Origin: Marinicella sp.
GTDB lineage: Bacteria > Pseudomonadota > Gammaproteobacteria > Xanthomonadales > Marinicellaceae
Reading direction: 5' to 3'
Length of the DNA stretch: 64,000 nucleotides
NCBI GenBank assembly: GCA_965230295.1
Contig: OZ246001.1
Coordinates: forward strand, 2,592,001-2,656,000
This document shows positions 29,229 through 39,751 of the stretch, piece by piece; position 1 is the stretch's first letter; the number at the start of each line of letters is the position of its first letter. The notes beneath the pieces were generated by a model that saw only the letters and a list, made by a program, of their open reading frames with translations, was not told where the DNA came from and made no database searches. Made by a program: the position numbers and the translations under genes.

Positions 29229-31337
29229 ATGAAACTAAAACCATTCCTTTTGACTTTAACATCTATTGTTTTGCTACAAGCATGTAGTAGCAGCAGTAAC
29301 TCACCCCGGGCAGTTGATGCTCCGCCAGCGACCAATCCTGGTGGTGGTGTGGTTACAGGTGTTATTGAAGCCATCTATAACCCGGCTTCAGGTGATCCAG
29401 CACAGGTACCCATTCCAACCAATTTATTCTTGCTGGGTACCACTGATCTGACCATGAACATCCCAGTGGCAGACCCCACTGATTTTTCTGATCCCTTGGT
29501 TGCCATCAATGCCTTAGACGGTTTCAGTACTGTGGCTCCATGGTCTACCAACTTTTCAGTACCCGTAGCTGCTGCTTCAGTTAACCCAGGCAGTGTCAAA
29601 GTTTACGAAGTGGCCTTGAGTGGTCCAGGTGGTGCTGTGATAGGTGTTAATGCTGAATTGACATTTGGTGTGGATTTCGTAGCGGTTGCTAATGGCAGCA
29701 GTATTGCCATCGTGCCGATTAAGCCATTGAAACAATTGACCTCATATATGGCCATCGTCACCAACGGCATTCAAGATGACAACGGCAACGCCGCCACTCC
29801 ATCACAAACTTATTTCTTATCTCAGCGCACATCCCCATTGGTGGACGGAACCGGCAACAGTACCGATCCGTTGATTGACAACGCCACCGCAGCGGCCTTA
29901 GAGCCACTGCGACAATTGACCAACTTCAGAGAAGCGGCTGCGGCTTCACAAGGTGTGGACCCCAGCACAATTGTGGTGTCTTGGACCATGACCACACAAT
30001 CCATCACTCCGGTCTTATCTGCAGTGAAAGACATCACTGGCCCTGGTGCTTCAACCTTGGCACCAACCGGGTTGTCTACAGCGGCGGTTGGCGGTTTTGG
30101 TTTAGCTGATATTTACATCGGTACCATGACTTCGCCTTACTACTTGACGGCTCCCAGTGCAACCAATCCATTGGCTCCATTGAATGAGTTTTGGCGAGCG
30201 GCTCCTGGTGCTTATGTAGGACCATTTGCAGGCTTGGGTTTAGACCCAACATCTACCAATCTGACATTGGCGAACCCCATTCCGGTAGCCACCAGTATGC
30301 AGAATTTACCTGTGTTGATGACCGTACCTAACGCGAGTTCCGGTATGACCAAACCAGCAGCTGGCTGGCCTATCATGATCTTCCAACATGGCATCACGCG
30401 TGACCGAACTGACATGCTGGCAGTGGCAGATACCATGGCGTCCATTGGGTTTGCAGTGGTGGCCATTGATTTAGCCATGCACGGCATCACAGATCCGACC
30501 AATCCCTTCTACATTGAAAATACACCGTTTGCACCGATTGCCAGTGAACGAACTTTTGATGTCGATTACGTTAACAACGTAACAGGTGCTCCTGGCCCTG
30601 ATGGCGTGATTGATTCATCGGCTGCTCATTTCATCAACCTGGCCAATTTATTGGTCTCCAGAGACAACACCAGACAAGGCATAGCTGATTTGTTTACCCT
30701 GACAGAATCAATTCCTTTGATGGACATTGATGGTGATGCTGCTGGTGACTTCAACGAAGCCAACATCACATTCGCTGGACAGTCATTGGGCGCAATCACA
30801 GGTACCGGTTACCTGGCATTTGCACCCAACGTACAAAGTGCTGTGTTGTCAGCCCCAGGTGGTGGTATCGCCAATCTGTTGATTGGTTCTCCAACTTTCG
30901 GTCCTCGCATCATTGCTGGTCTACAAGCAGCAGGTGTGGAACAAGGTACCACTACATTTAATTTATTCGTTTTGGCCACACAAACCACCGTTGATGCGGC
31001 TGACCCGATAAACCTGGGTGGATTTGCGGCCTTGCAAAACAATATTTTGTTGCATGAAATCTTAGGTGATCAAGTGGTTACCAATACGGTTCCAGGTGCG
31101 CCATTGTCGGGTACAGAACCTTTGATTGCAGCCATGGGTTTGACTTCTTATTCAGAGTCAGCCTTCAATCCTGAAGGTTTAGATGCTGCAGTCAGATTCA
31201 CCGCAGGTGATCACGGCAGCTTATTGAGTCCAGCTGCTTCTCCTGAAGCCACGGCTGAAATGCAAGGCCAGATGGCTGCATTCCAGGCCACAGGTGGTAC
31301 GACCTTGAATGTCACTAACACCGATGTGATTCAATAA
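29229..31337 (+). CDS. Lipoprotein lipase/phospholipase, Pla-1/Cef/VolA-like
   Basis: Lipobox LQA|C with Ser at +2; AINALDGFST N-domain; WPIMIFQHGIT, AIDLAMHG, FINLANLLVSRDNTRQ; nucleophile GQSLG; GDQVV; GDHGSLL. Confidence 0.88.
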   Translation: MKLKPFLLTLTSIVLLQACSSSSNSPRAVDAPPATNPGGGVVTGVIEAIYNPASGDPAQVPIPTNLFLLGTTDLTMNIPVADPTDFSDPLVAINALDGFSTVAPWSTNFSVPVAAASVNPGSVKVYEVALSGPGGAVIGVNAELTFGVDFVAVANGSSIAIVPIKPLKQLTSYMAIVTNGIQDDNGNAATPSQTYFLSQRTSPLVDGTGNSTDPLIDNATAAALEPLRQLTNFREAAAASQGVDPSTIVVSWTMTTQSITPVLSAVKDITGPGASTLAPTGLSTAAVGGFGLADIYIGTMTSPYYLTAPSATNPLAPLNEFWRAAPGAYVGPFAGLGLDPTSTNLTLANPIPVATSMQNLPVLMTVPNASSGMTKPAAGWPIMIFQHGITRDRTDMLAVADTMASIGFAVVAIDLAMHGITDPTNPFYIENTPFAPIASERTFDVDYVNNVTGAPGPDGVIDSSAAHFINLANLLVSRDNTRQGIADLFTLTESIPLMDIDGDAAGDFNEANITFAGQSLGAITGTGYLAFAPNVQSAVLSAPGGGIANLLIGSPTFGPRIIAGLQAAGVEQGTTTFNLFVLATQTTVDAADPINLGGFAALQNNILLHEILGDQVVTNTVPGAPLSGTEPLIAAMGLTSYSESAFNPEGLDAAVRFTAGDHGSLLSPAASPEATAEMQGQMAAFQATGGTTLNVTNTDVIQ

Positions 31338-31384
31338 GGGAGATGACAATGAAAAATACAAATAAAAAGCGTGGAGTACAACAG

Positions 31385-33283
31385 ATGGCTCAAAACAACA
31401 CCAGATTGAAATTAACACCTTTGAAAGCTGCCATGCTGGCAGTTGCCATGGGTGCAACAGGCTCGGCCACAGCGGCCGAACTGTGGAACAATGGTGATTA
31501 TTCATTGAATATTGATACCACCGTTTCATACGGTGCGGCTTGGCGGATTGCTGACCGTGATGACCGTTTGATCGGTAAATCCAACCTCAATCCTTTCGTT
31601 GGTGTGGATTTGGCAACCGGCCAGTCTTCATCTCTGGCGCAAAGAATTGCGGCACCTGGTCGATGGTCAATCAACTCTGACAATGGTAACTTGAACTATG
31701 ACCAAGGGGATTTGATTTCTAATGCCATTAAATTCACTTCAGACATTGCATTCAGTGGGCCTACATGGGGCGCCTTCTTCCGTGTTAACGGATTTTATGA
31801 CTTTGAAAATGCTGACAACGACGATTTATCAAGAACTGCCAAAGAATTTGTCGGTGAAGACTTCAGGTTGTTAGATGCCTATGTCTATAAAGATTTTGAT
31901 ATTGGTAACCAGATTGCTTCAGTTCGATTAGGACGACAAGTGGTTTCATGGGGTGAATCCACATTCATCCAGCAAGGCATCAACGTCATCAACCCCATCG
32001 ACGTTTCGAAGATTCGTGTGGCTGGTGCTGAGCTGAAAGAAGCCTTCTTACCGATTGACATGATTTCATTCTCATCCAGTATCACCGATAACCTATCGGT
32101 AGAAGCTGTCTATATGTTTGAGTTTGAACAGACCGACCCAGATCCAGCAGGTACTTATTTCGCAACCAACGATTTCGCCACTCCAGGTGGTGAATATGTG
32201 GCCTTGGGTTTTGGTATTGTGCCTGAGTTGGCCAATGCTGGCGCGATTGCGCAATTGCCATTACCGCCATCATTGATTGCGGCTACTTTGGGTAACATCA
32301 ACAACTTCTCAATATTGAGGACTTCAACCCCCGCCACCGATGATGATGGCCAGTATGGCATCGCTTTCCGTTACTATGCAGAGCAATTGAACAACACTGA
32401 ATTTGGCTTGTACTACTTGAACTATCATTCAAGATTACCCATGATCAGTGGTAATGCACTGGGGCAACCTGGCGTAGGATTGGGTGTTTCTTCGCCCAGT
32501 TCAGGTTCCTATTTCACTGAATACCCGGAAGACATTGAATTGTATGGTTTGAGCTTCAATACCACCATCAATTCGTTGGGTGTTTCCTTACAAGGTGAGT
32601 TGTCTTACCGTCCTAATGTACCTTTACAAATTGACGATGTGGAAGTGTTGTTTGCAGCCCTTTCTCCATTGAATCCATTGATTCCGGCGGAATATGATCG
32701 ATTCGTGTCACAATTAGGTAATTTTGCACCAGGTGAATACATCCGTGGTTGGGAACGGCATGAAGTGTCTCAGTTACAGTTCACAGCAACCAAGTTATTT
32801 GGCCCAGGTTTTATGGGCAGTGACCAAATTGTGTTACTGGGCGAAGTGGGTTTCACCAATGTATGGGATTTACCTGATCAAAGTGTGTTGAGGTACAACG
32901 GCCCAGGCACCGATACCGGTGGCGGCCCCAGTACTTTGACTGGTGGCACCAGCAGGAATCCTGTGACTGAAAGCTCAGATTTCTTCGCCACATCATTCTC
33001 TTGGGGATATCGTTTGGTTACCCGTTTTGAATACAATTCAGTGTTCGGTTCATCTTGGAACATTGCCCCAAGACTGGCCTTTAACCATGATGTTAACGGC
33101 ACCACTCCAGGACCTGGTGGGAACTTTATTGAAGGCAGGAAGTCTTGGACTGTAGGTGTCAACGGTACTTATTTGGAAAAATGGAGTGCTGATGTCAGCT
33201 ACACCAACTTCTCCGGAGCAGGTATCCACAACTTGATATCTGACCGAGATTTTGCTTCTATCAACATTAAATATTCGTTCTAA
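31385..33283 (+). CDS. DUF1302 family outer-membrane protein
   Basis: Signal peptide; IDTTVSYG, NSDNGNLNY, LLDAYV, RLGRQVVSWGESTF, NYHSRLP; C-terminal DRDFASINIKYSF (beta-signal Phe). SD GGAG precedes ATG 31385. Confidence 0.9.
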   Translation: MAQNNTRLKLTPLKAAMLAVAMGATGSATAAELWNNGDYSLNIDTTVSYGAAWRIADRDDRLIGKSNLNPFVGVDLATGQSSSLAQRIAAPGRWSINSDNGNLNYDQGDLISNAIKFTSDIAFSGPTWGAFFRVNGFYDFENADNDDLSRTAKEFVGEDFRLLDAYVYKDFDIGNQIASVRLGRQVVSWGESTFIQQGINVINPIDVSKIRVAGAELKEAFLPIDMISFSSSITDNLSVEAVYMFEFEQTDPDPAGTYFATNDFATPGGEYVALGFGIVPELANAGAIAQLPLPPSLIAATLGNINNFSILRTSTPATDDDGQYGIAFRYYAEQLNNTEFGLYYLNYHSRLPMISGNALGQPGVGLGVSSPSSGSYFTEYPEDIELYGLSFNTTINSLGVSLQGELSYRPNVPLQIDDVEVLFAALSPLNPLIPAEYDRFVSQLGNFAPGEYIRGWERHEVSQLQFTATKLFGPGFMGSDQIVLLGEVGFTNVWDLPDQSVLRYNGPGTDTGGGPSTLTGGTSRNPVTESSDFFATSFSWGYRLVTRFEYNSVFGSSWNIAPRLAFNHDVNGTTPGPGGNFIEGRKSWTVGVNGTYLEKWSADVSYTNFSGAGIHNLISDRDFASINIKYSF

Positions 33284-33301
33284 GAACAGAGAGGACATTA
33301 C

Positions 33302-34666
33302 ATGAAGTTATTAAAGAAAACACTTATTTCAACTTTAATTGGATTGACAGTCGTCGCTGGTTCAGCACAAGCAGGCCCCAAACCTGATGAATTGGAACGG
33401 TTATCAACTGATTTAACGCCAATGGGTTCTGTAAGGGCGGGAAACTCTGATGGCACCATTCCAGCTTGGACAGGTGGTATCACTTCAGCACCGGCAGGTT
33501 ATCAAGTGGGTGATCACCACCCGGATCCCTTTGCAGACGACAATGTGTTATTCACCATTGACAGCAGCAATTACCAGGAACATGCTGCGAAGTTAACACC
33601 CGGTCAAATTGCCATGTTTGAGCGTTATCCAGAAACGTTTAAAATGGACATCTATCCAACCAGACGATCAGCATCATTCCCACAACGTATCTATGACAAA
33701 ACGCGTGAGAATGGTCGTACCGGTACATTGGTTGCTGATGGTGAAGGTGTGGCCAGTGTTGCAGAGGGCTTTCCATTCCCGTTTCCTGAAAATGCCTATG
33801 AATTGATTCTGAATCATAAATTGAAGTTCAAAGGTTCAGGCGGGGTACGCTACAACAATCAAGTGGCGCCGAGTACCAAAGGTAAATACACATTGGTCCG
33901 TCTTCGTGAAGAATTGTATGGTAAATACTATGTGCCAGGTAACACCATTGATGACATAGACAACATCCTGTTGTATTTCTATCAAGTGGTTGAGTCACCA
34001 GCTCGTTTGGCAGGTCGTGTGTTGTTGGTCCATGAAACCATGAACCAGAAAGAAACACCTCGTCAAGCCTGGATTTATAACCCAGGTCAGCGCCGTGTAA
34101 GACGCGCACCTAATGTGGCTTATGACAATCCTGGAACTGCATCTGATGGTTTGAGAACCAATGACATGACCGACATGTTCAATGGAGCCATGGATCGATT
34201 TACATGGGATTGGACTGAAACCAAAGAAATGTATGTCCCTTATAACTCATACAAGGCTCACAGTTTTGATTCAAAATTGGCTGACATGGTCAAGCCGGGT
34301 CACCTAGACTCCAGTTACATGCGTTATGAGTTACATCGTGTTCATGTGATTGAAGCCAATTTACGTGATGGCTTCAGACACATCAACAGCCGACGTACTT
34401 TCTACTTAGATGAAGACAGTTATCAAATTTTGTTGACCGACCATTACGACAGACGTGGTGAGTTGTGGCGCTTTTCTGAAGCACACAGCATCAATTACTA
34501 CGAAGTTCCAACATTCTGGTCTACCATCGAAACCCACCATGACTTACAGTCAGGCCGTTATGTGGCAGTGGGCTTAGATAACCAGGATCAGGTCAACACC
34601 TTCAACACGCCTTTGAGCGAAAACAATTACACACCAAGTGCTTTGCGTAAACGCGGAAGACGCTGA
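33302..34666 (+). CDS. DUF1329 family periplasmic protein
   Basis: Signal peptide; LTPMGSVRAGNSDGTIPAWTGG, AWIYNPGQRRVRRAP, YVPYNSY, RYELHRV, FYLDEDS, YTPSALR. Confidence 0.92.
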   Translation: MKLLKKTLISTLIGLTVVAGSAQAGPKPDELERLSTDLTPMGSVRAGNSDGTIPAWTGGITSAPAGYQVGDHHPDPFADDNVLFTIDSSNYQEHAAKLTPGQIAMFERYPETFKMDIYPTRRSASFPQRIYDKTRENGRTGTLVADGEGVASVAEGFPFPFPENAYELILNHKLKFKGSGGVRYNNQVAPSTKGKYTLVRLREELYGKYYVPGNTIDDIDNILLYFYQVVESPARLAGRVLLVHETMNQKETPRQAWIYNPGQRRVRRAPNVAYDNPGTASDGLRTNDMTDMFNGAMDRFTWDWTETKEMYVPYNSYKAHSFDSKLADMVKPGHLDSSYMRYELHRVHVIEANLRDGFRHINSRRTFYLDEDSYQILLTDHYDRRGELWRFSEAHSINYYEVPTFWSTIETHHDLQSGRYVAVGLDNQDQVNTFNTPLSENNYTPSALRKRGRR

Positions 34667-34695
34667 TCTGTGTTAATCAGTTGAAGTTTTAATTC

Positions 34696-34736
34696 AATGG
34701 CTGTGGGTATTTTTGATACTCATGGCCATTTTTTTT
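34696..34736 (+). terminator. Internal terminator/attenuator after DUF1329
   Basis: 15-bp stem AATGGCTGTGGGTAT / ATACTCATGGCCATT (with G-U pairs) followed by a T run. Confidence 0.65.
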
Positions 34737-34746
34737 GGTAGAAATT

Positions 34747-35679
34747 ATGATGAAAATGAAATTTAAAATTGTGGCATTGATCTGCTTTTCTATGGTGTGT
34801 TCATCTGCCTGGTCCCAACAACCAGCAGAAGTGATGCCATTGGCAGATGAGTCCTTGGTGTTGTCCATAACAAAAGTAGGTGCCTCACTGCTCATGGTAG
34901 GTGAAAGAGGCCACATCCTGAAAAGTAAAGACGAAGGGAAAACGTGGTATCAGATTGAAGGTGTACCGGTCGATGTGGTGTTGACCAAAGTGGTGGCCTA
35001 CAACAACCATGTATGGGCAGTAGGACATGATGCAGTCATCATACACAGTGATGATGCTGGCGAGACATGGGAATTACAATTTTATGATGCCGACCGAGAA
35101 GTACCATTTTTATCAGCTTATTTCATGAGCGAAACCACCGGGTTTGTGGTGGGTGCTTATGGGACCATCTTCTCAACCACTGACAGTGGTGAAACTTGGG
35201 AAGACAATTTAATTGATGAGGAATTGGATTACCATTTGAATGACATCACCCAAGCTGCAGATGGGAACTTATACATTGCTGCAGAAGCCGGATACTTTTT
35301 CCGAAGTTTAGATCAGGGCGCCACGTGGGAAGCCATAGAGCTACCTTACATGGGTTCTATGTTTGGTGTTGTCTCCTTACCTGAACAAGTGGTGTTGTTT
35401 GGTTTAAGGGGCAATATTTTGGTCTCGGCTGACCAAGGTGAAACGTGGGAAGAAGTCTATACTGATTTAGCCAATAATTTATTTGGAGCAGATTTACTGA
35501 GTGAAAACAAAGTCTTGATGGTGGGTGCCAATGGTGCCCGTTTGATTTATGAAAATAATTCAGTAGAAATTTTTCCCGGAGCGGATTCTGGTGACGACTA
35601 TGCCGATGTCCTGGTGTTGGGCAACCAAGCTATCTTGGTTGGCGAGACTGGACTTAAATCACAATCAATTGGACAATAA
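34747..35679 (+). CDS. YCF48/BNR-repeat beta-propeller protein
   Basis: Signal peptide; repeated Asp-boxes SKDEGKTW, SDDAGETW, TTDSGETW, SLDQGATW, SADQGETW; VGERGHIL; GLRGNIL. Confidence 0.9.
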   Translation: MMKMKFKIVALICFSMVCSSAWSQQPAEVMPLADESLVLSITKVGASLLMVGERGHILKSKDEGKTWYQIEGVPVDVVLTKVVAYNNHVWAVGHDAVIIHSDDAGETWELQFYDADREVPFLSAYFMSETTGFVVGAYGTIFSTTDSGETWEDNLIDEELDYHLNDITQAADGNLYIAAEAGYFFRSLDQGATWEAIELPYMGSMFGVVSLPEQVVLFGLRGNILVSADQGETWEEVYTDLANNLFGADLLSENKVLMVGANGARLIYENNSVEIFPGADSGDDYADVLVLGNQAILVGETGLKSQSIGQ

Positions 35680-35690
35680 AGGAAGCGACT

Positions 35691-38072
35691 ATGAATCAAA
35701 ATACAAATAAAAATGGCTTCGCGGCCTTTTGTGAATCCATCCTTTTTAAGAACAAGAAAATAATCATTTTCTTATTGGCCTTTATGACTGGTGCCTTGGG
35801 TTACTTTGCCAGTCAATTGAAAGTGGATGCCGGTTTTGAAAAGCAACTTCCCCTCGATCATGAATACATGAAAACATTCATGGAGCATGAAAAATTCAGG
35901 GGTGCCAATCGCATATTGGTGTCAGTGATGGATGACAGTGGCAACATGTTCAATGAGCAGTTTTTTGACAAACTTGAAGAAGTGACCGATGCCGTGGTGT
36001 TTATTCCCGGGGTCAATCGGGCCAGTGTCAAATCCATTTTCACACCTAATGTCAGGTTTGTTGAAGTGGTTGAAGATGGTTTTGCTGGTGGTAATGTGAT
36101 TCCAGCAGATTACAGTCCTTCGCAAACCATGTTCGAAACCATTCGTGGCAACATTGTGAAAGCGGGTGTCTTGGGGCGCCTGGTGGCTGAAGATTTTAAT
36201 GGTGCCATGGTCTGGGCTGATCTCCAGGAAAGAGACCCGCAAACGGGTGAAAAAGTGGATTACCAGGAGATCGCCAAAGAGTTGGAAGCGATCAGAACCA
36301 AATTTGAAGGCGAAGGGCAAACCGTTCATATCATCGGCTTCGCCAAGATCGTTGGCGACATTGCAGACGGTGCCAAATCCGTGTTGTACTTCTTTGCTTT
36401 AGCCATACTGATCACTGCCATCTTGCTTTATGGTTATTCGAAGAATTGGAAACTGACACTTTACCCCATTCTCTGTTCCTTAGTGGCTGTCGTTTGGCAA
36501 ATGGGCTTTTTGAAATTGATGGGCATGGGTATAGACCCCATGAATATCTTGACGCCTTTTTTGGTCTTTGCCATCGGAGTCAGTCATGGTGTGCAGATGA
36601 TATCAGGCTGGACTGACCAAATGGTTAAACAGCCGACAGGTGAGAAAAGCGCTGACTCTGCAGCACGTGCAGCCTTTTGTGCCTTATTGGCGCCAGGTGT
36701 GATTGCCTTGTTGTCAGATACGATTGGTTTTGCAACCATCTATTTTATCAACATAGAAATTATTCAGGAATTGGCCATCACTGCTACAGTTGGTGTGGCA
36801 TTGATTATCATCACTAATTTGATTTTATTACCGTTGTTATTATCCGGTATCAAAATGAAAAAAGTCGATGCATTCTGTGCCAAATTCAGTGGCAAGCAAG
36901 AAGTGGGCGGCATTTGGAAAGGCATTGCGGGATTTGCCAAGACGCCTTTGGCGTCATTGTCTGTATTGGTCGCCATTGGCTTGTTTACATTTGGTTACAT
37001 CAAAAGCCAGGACATGCAAATAGGTGATTCCCAAGCCGGTGTGCCAGAATTGCGACCGGATTCCAGATACAACACCGATGCCATGACCATCAGTAATGAA
37101 TTTTCGTTGGGTGTGGATATGATCAATGTGATAGCAGAAACTTCATCCAATGCCTGTACTGAAAGTTTCAAAGCCATGAAGAACATTGATCGTTTTGCGT
37201 GGCATATGGCGAATGTTGAAGGCGTACAAAAAGTCATAACCTTGTCTCAATTTGCAAAAATCATTACCGCTGGTTGGAATGAAGGTAACATCAAGTGGCG
37301 AGAGCTGTCGCGCAACAATTACGTGATGCGCCAATCCTTATCAGGGATTGAAACCGATACTGGTTTGTTGAATCAGGATTGTAGTGTCATGCCGATCACG
37401 ATATTCACTGAAGACCACAAAGCCACCACCATCAATACTGTCATTGCCGCAGTTAAAGCTTATCAAGCGGATGCGCCACCTGCATTGGATGACACCGGCG
37501 GGTTGCTTGAAGGTGAAGTTAAATTCAGGTTGGCCACAGGTAATGCGGGTGTAATGGCCTCAACCAATGATGTGGTGAAAGGGGCACAAATGCCGATGCT
37601 GATCATGGTTTATGGCGCCATTATTCTGTTGTGTTTGTTGACCTTCAGATCAATCACGGGCACCATCGCCATTGTCACGCCATTGGCACTGGTTTCATTG
37701 TTGGCCTATGCACTGATGGCCTATCTGGGCATTGGCTTGAAAGTAAACACCTTGCCAGTAGTGGCATTGGGTGTAGGTATTGGTGTTGATTATGGAATTT
37801 ATATTTTCAGCAGACTGCAATCTTTACTTAAATCTGGGTTTAATCTGTATGATGCATATAAAGAAACCTTGCGACTAACTGGTAAGGCTGTGGTATTTAC
37901 CGCATTGACTTTAGGTATCGGTGTGGGGACTTGGATGTTCAGTGACTTGCAGTTCCAGGCAGACATGGGTATCTTGTTGGCCTTTATGTTTGTATTGAAC
38001 ATGGTTGGGGCCATGTTGTTGCTACCTGCATTGGCATATTGGTTGATGCCAAAATACAGAAAAGGTTTATAA
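35691..38072 (+). CDS. RND/MMPL family transporter
   Basis: Two-repeat multi-TM protein with large periplasmic loops; FAIGVSHGVQ, GIGVDYGIY, TGKAV, FQADMG. Confidence 0.92.
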   Translation: MNQNTNKNGFAAFCESILFKNKKIIIFLLAFMTGALGYFASQLKVDAGFEKQLPLDHEYMKTFMEHEKFRGANRILVSVMDDSGNMFNEQFFDKLEEVTDAVVFIPGVNRASVKSIFTPNVRFVEVVEDGFAGGNVIPADYSPSQTMFETIRGNIVKAGVLGRLVAEDFNGAMVWADLQERDPQTGEKVDYQEIAKELEAIRTKFEGEGQTVHIIGFAKIVGDIADGAKSVLYFFALAILITAILLYGYSKNWKLTLYPILCSLVAVVWQMGFLKLMGMGIDPMNILTPFLVFAIGVSHGVQMISGWTDQMVKQPTGEKSADSAARAAFCALLAPGVIALLSDTIGFATIYFINIEIIQELAITATVGVALIIITNLILLPLLLSGIKMKKVDAFCAKFSGKQEVGGIWKGIAGFAKTPLASLSVLVAIGLFTFGYIKSQDMQIGDSQAGVPELRPDSRYNTDAMTISNEFSLGVDMINVIAETSSNACTESFKAMKNIDRFAWHMANVEGVQKVITLSQFAKIITAGWNEGNIKWRELSRNNYVMRQSLSGIETDTGLLNQDCSVMPITIFTEDHKATTINTVIAAVKAYQADAPPALDDTGGLLEGEVKFRLATGNAGVMASTNDVVKGAQMPMLIMVYGAIILLCLLTFRSITGTIAIVTPLALVSLLAYALMAYLGIGLKVNTLPVVALGVGIGVDYGIYIFSRLQSLLKSGFNLYDAYKETLRLTGKAVVFTALTLGIGVGTWMFSDLQFQADMGILLAFMFVLNMVGAMLLLPALAYWLMPKYRKGL

Positions 38073-38099
38073 TAAAGCCCTTTATCAGTTAATACATGC

Positions 38100-39275
38100 A
38101 TGGCTAAAAATCATATTTTGCGCATCGGCGAGGATGGCAACCCCATATCCTTGTATACCTACGATGCGCAAAACAATGCCTGTACCATCACAGCTGTTCC
38201 TCAATGGACAGATGGTGCACTGAAACAAATTGAGTTGGTGTTGTTGGTGCCTGCAACCTGGGTGTATCACAGTCAGACCCAAGTGGCATCTAAAAACATG
38301 GACTTGTTGGCTAAATCAATCCCATTTGCTATAGAAGAAGAATTGAGCAATGAGGTAGAGGATAACTATTTTGCATTCAAGCTGAATGAAAATGGCTCAC
38401 AAGCAGTCATAGCGATTGAAAAAAACCATTTAGACCAACTGAATCTGGCCATCGATAAAAACAACTTAACAATCAGTTCCATTCACAGTGAAGTGGATTG
38501 GTTGCCAGAAATAAAGGATTCAGTGGTCATTTGGAGTGATACAGAAACATCTTTAGTTCGGTTTGGTGAAGAACAAACCATGCGGATTGCCAACCACCAA
38601 ATCAAGCAATTACTCACCGTCTTTGCACAAGACATGAAAAAAATTGTTTGTAACGATGTTGAAAAGGTGACAGGTGTCGATTTACCGGTTTCTTCGACTT
38701 TAGATGCCAGTGCCTGCTGTGCTCATTTGATCAATCAGGAAGCCATTGATTTGTATGTGGACGAATTAAAAACCACTACAGATACTGAAGACACTAAACA
38801 ATGGTTCCTACCTAAGGTTCTGGGTTTGTTGCTGGTGGTAAGTTGGGTAGCCATCCAAGGGATTCAGTGGCTGAATCTGCAGCAATCAATTGATGAGCTA
38901 AAAACTCAACAGGAAGATATGCTGAAAAGCCAGTTTGGTGATGTGGCACCCGTTGAGTTGGTCGATCCATTTGCAGCCTTTCAATCCAGATTGAAATTGC
39001 AAGATTCTCAATCTGGTTCTGGTACCGATATCCTGTTAGATGTTGTTGACTACATCGGGCAAACAACACAGCAACACAAGTCAGTCAGGCTGGGTGGTTT
39101 GCGCTTGGTTGAACAGAAGATGGAAATACAAATCACGGCCCCCAACATTGCTTTTATCAATGAATTTCATCAGTCCTTGCAGCAGCGAGCCTATGAATAC
39201 AATGTTCAAATAGGCGTCAATGAATTGTCTGATGACAATTCATTTCGGTCGATCTTAACAGTGGTGCCCCGATGA
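38100..39275 (+). CDS. gspL: Type II secretion protein GspL
   Basis: LLVPA...SIPFAIEEEL actin-like cytoplasmic domain, single TM helix, periplasmic domain. Followed by gspM and gspN. Confidence 0.85.
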   Translation: MAKNHILRIGEDGNPISLYTYDAQNNACTITAVPQWTDGALKQIELVLLVPATWVYHSQTQVASKNMDLLAKSIPFAIEEELSNEVEDNYFAFKLNENGSQAVIAIEKNHLDQLNLAIDKNNLTISSIHSEVDWLPEIKDSVVIWSDTETSLVRFGEEQTMRIANHQIKQLLTVFAQDMKKIVCNDVEKVTGVDLPVSSTLDASACCAHLINQEAIDLYVDELKTTTDTEDTKQWFLPKVLGLLLVVSWVAIQGIQWLNLQQSIDELKTQQEDMLKSQFGDVAPVELVDPFAAFQSRLKLQDSQSGSGTDILLDVVDYIGQTTQQHKSVRLGGLRLVEQKMEIQITAPNIAFINEFHQSLQQRAYEYNVQIGVNELSDDNSFRSILTVVPR

Positions 39276-39751
39276 AAAACTGGTTACAAAATTTATCTGA
39301 CAATGAACGCCGGCTGTTATGGGTTGGTGGATTGTTAATTGCAGTGGCTTTGGTATGGGTGTTGGTTTATCGACCAGTGACAGCACACATAGATAAACAA
39401 GTCAGTTTGAAAAACCGCTTAACCAATCAATTGGCACAGATGCAAGAAATGTCAAGGTCAACTCCTGGAAACCCAGGTCAGCAGATCATTCCCATTCCTG
39501 TTGGCATGACGTTTTCATCCTGGGTAGACCAACAGTTGCGTTTGGTCAACCTACAAAACAATGTCAATCGAACAGAACCCATTGACCAAAGCAGTTTGTC
39601 AATTTGGCTACAAGGTGCTTCTTTCGATCAGGTGATAGATTGGTTACATATGTTATCAAGTACTTATGCTGTTAAAGTGGATCAGATTGACGTAAACGCG
39701 GTTGATGCTTCTTTGGGATTGACCAACATCAGAATGAGGTTAGTGAAGTAA
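39272..39751 (+). CDS. gspM: Type II secretion protein GspM
   Basis: WLQNLSDNERRLL plus TM helix; IWLQGASFDQVIDWL. ATGA overlap with gspL. Confidence 0.88.
   Translation: MKNWLQNLSDNERRLLWVGGLLIAVALVWVLVYRPVTAHIDKQVSLKNRLTNQLAQMQEMSRSTPGNPGQQIIPIPVGMTFSSWVDQQLRLVNLQNNVNRTEPIDQSSLSIWLQGASFDQVIDWLHMLSSTYAVKVDQIDVNAVDASLGLTNIRMRLVK

Noticed and set aside
19116-38099. Segment between gspK and gspL as a genomic island or mobile element
   Set aside because: No integrase, transposase, tRNA or flanking direct repeats seen, and it contains housekeeping genes (efp, epmAB, nadK, gluQ).
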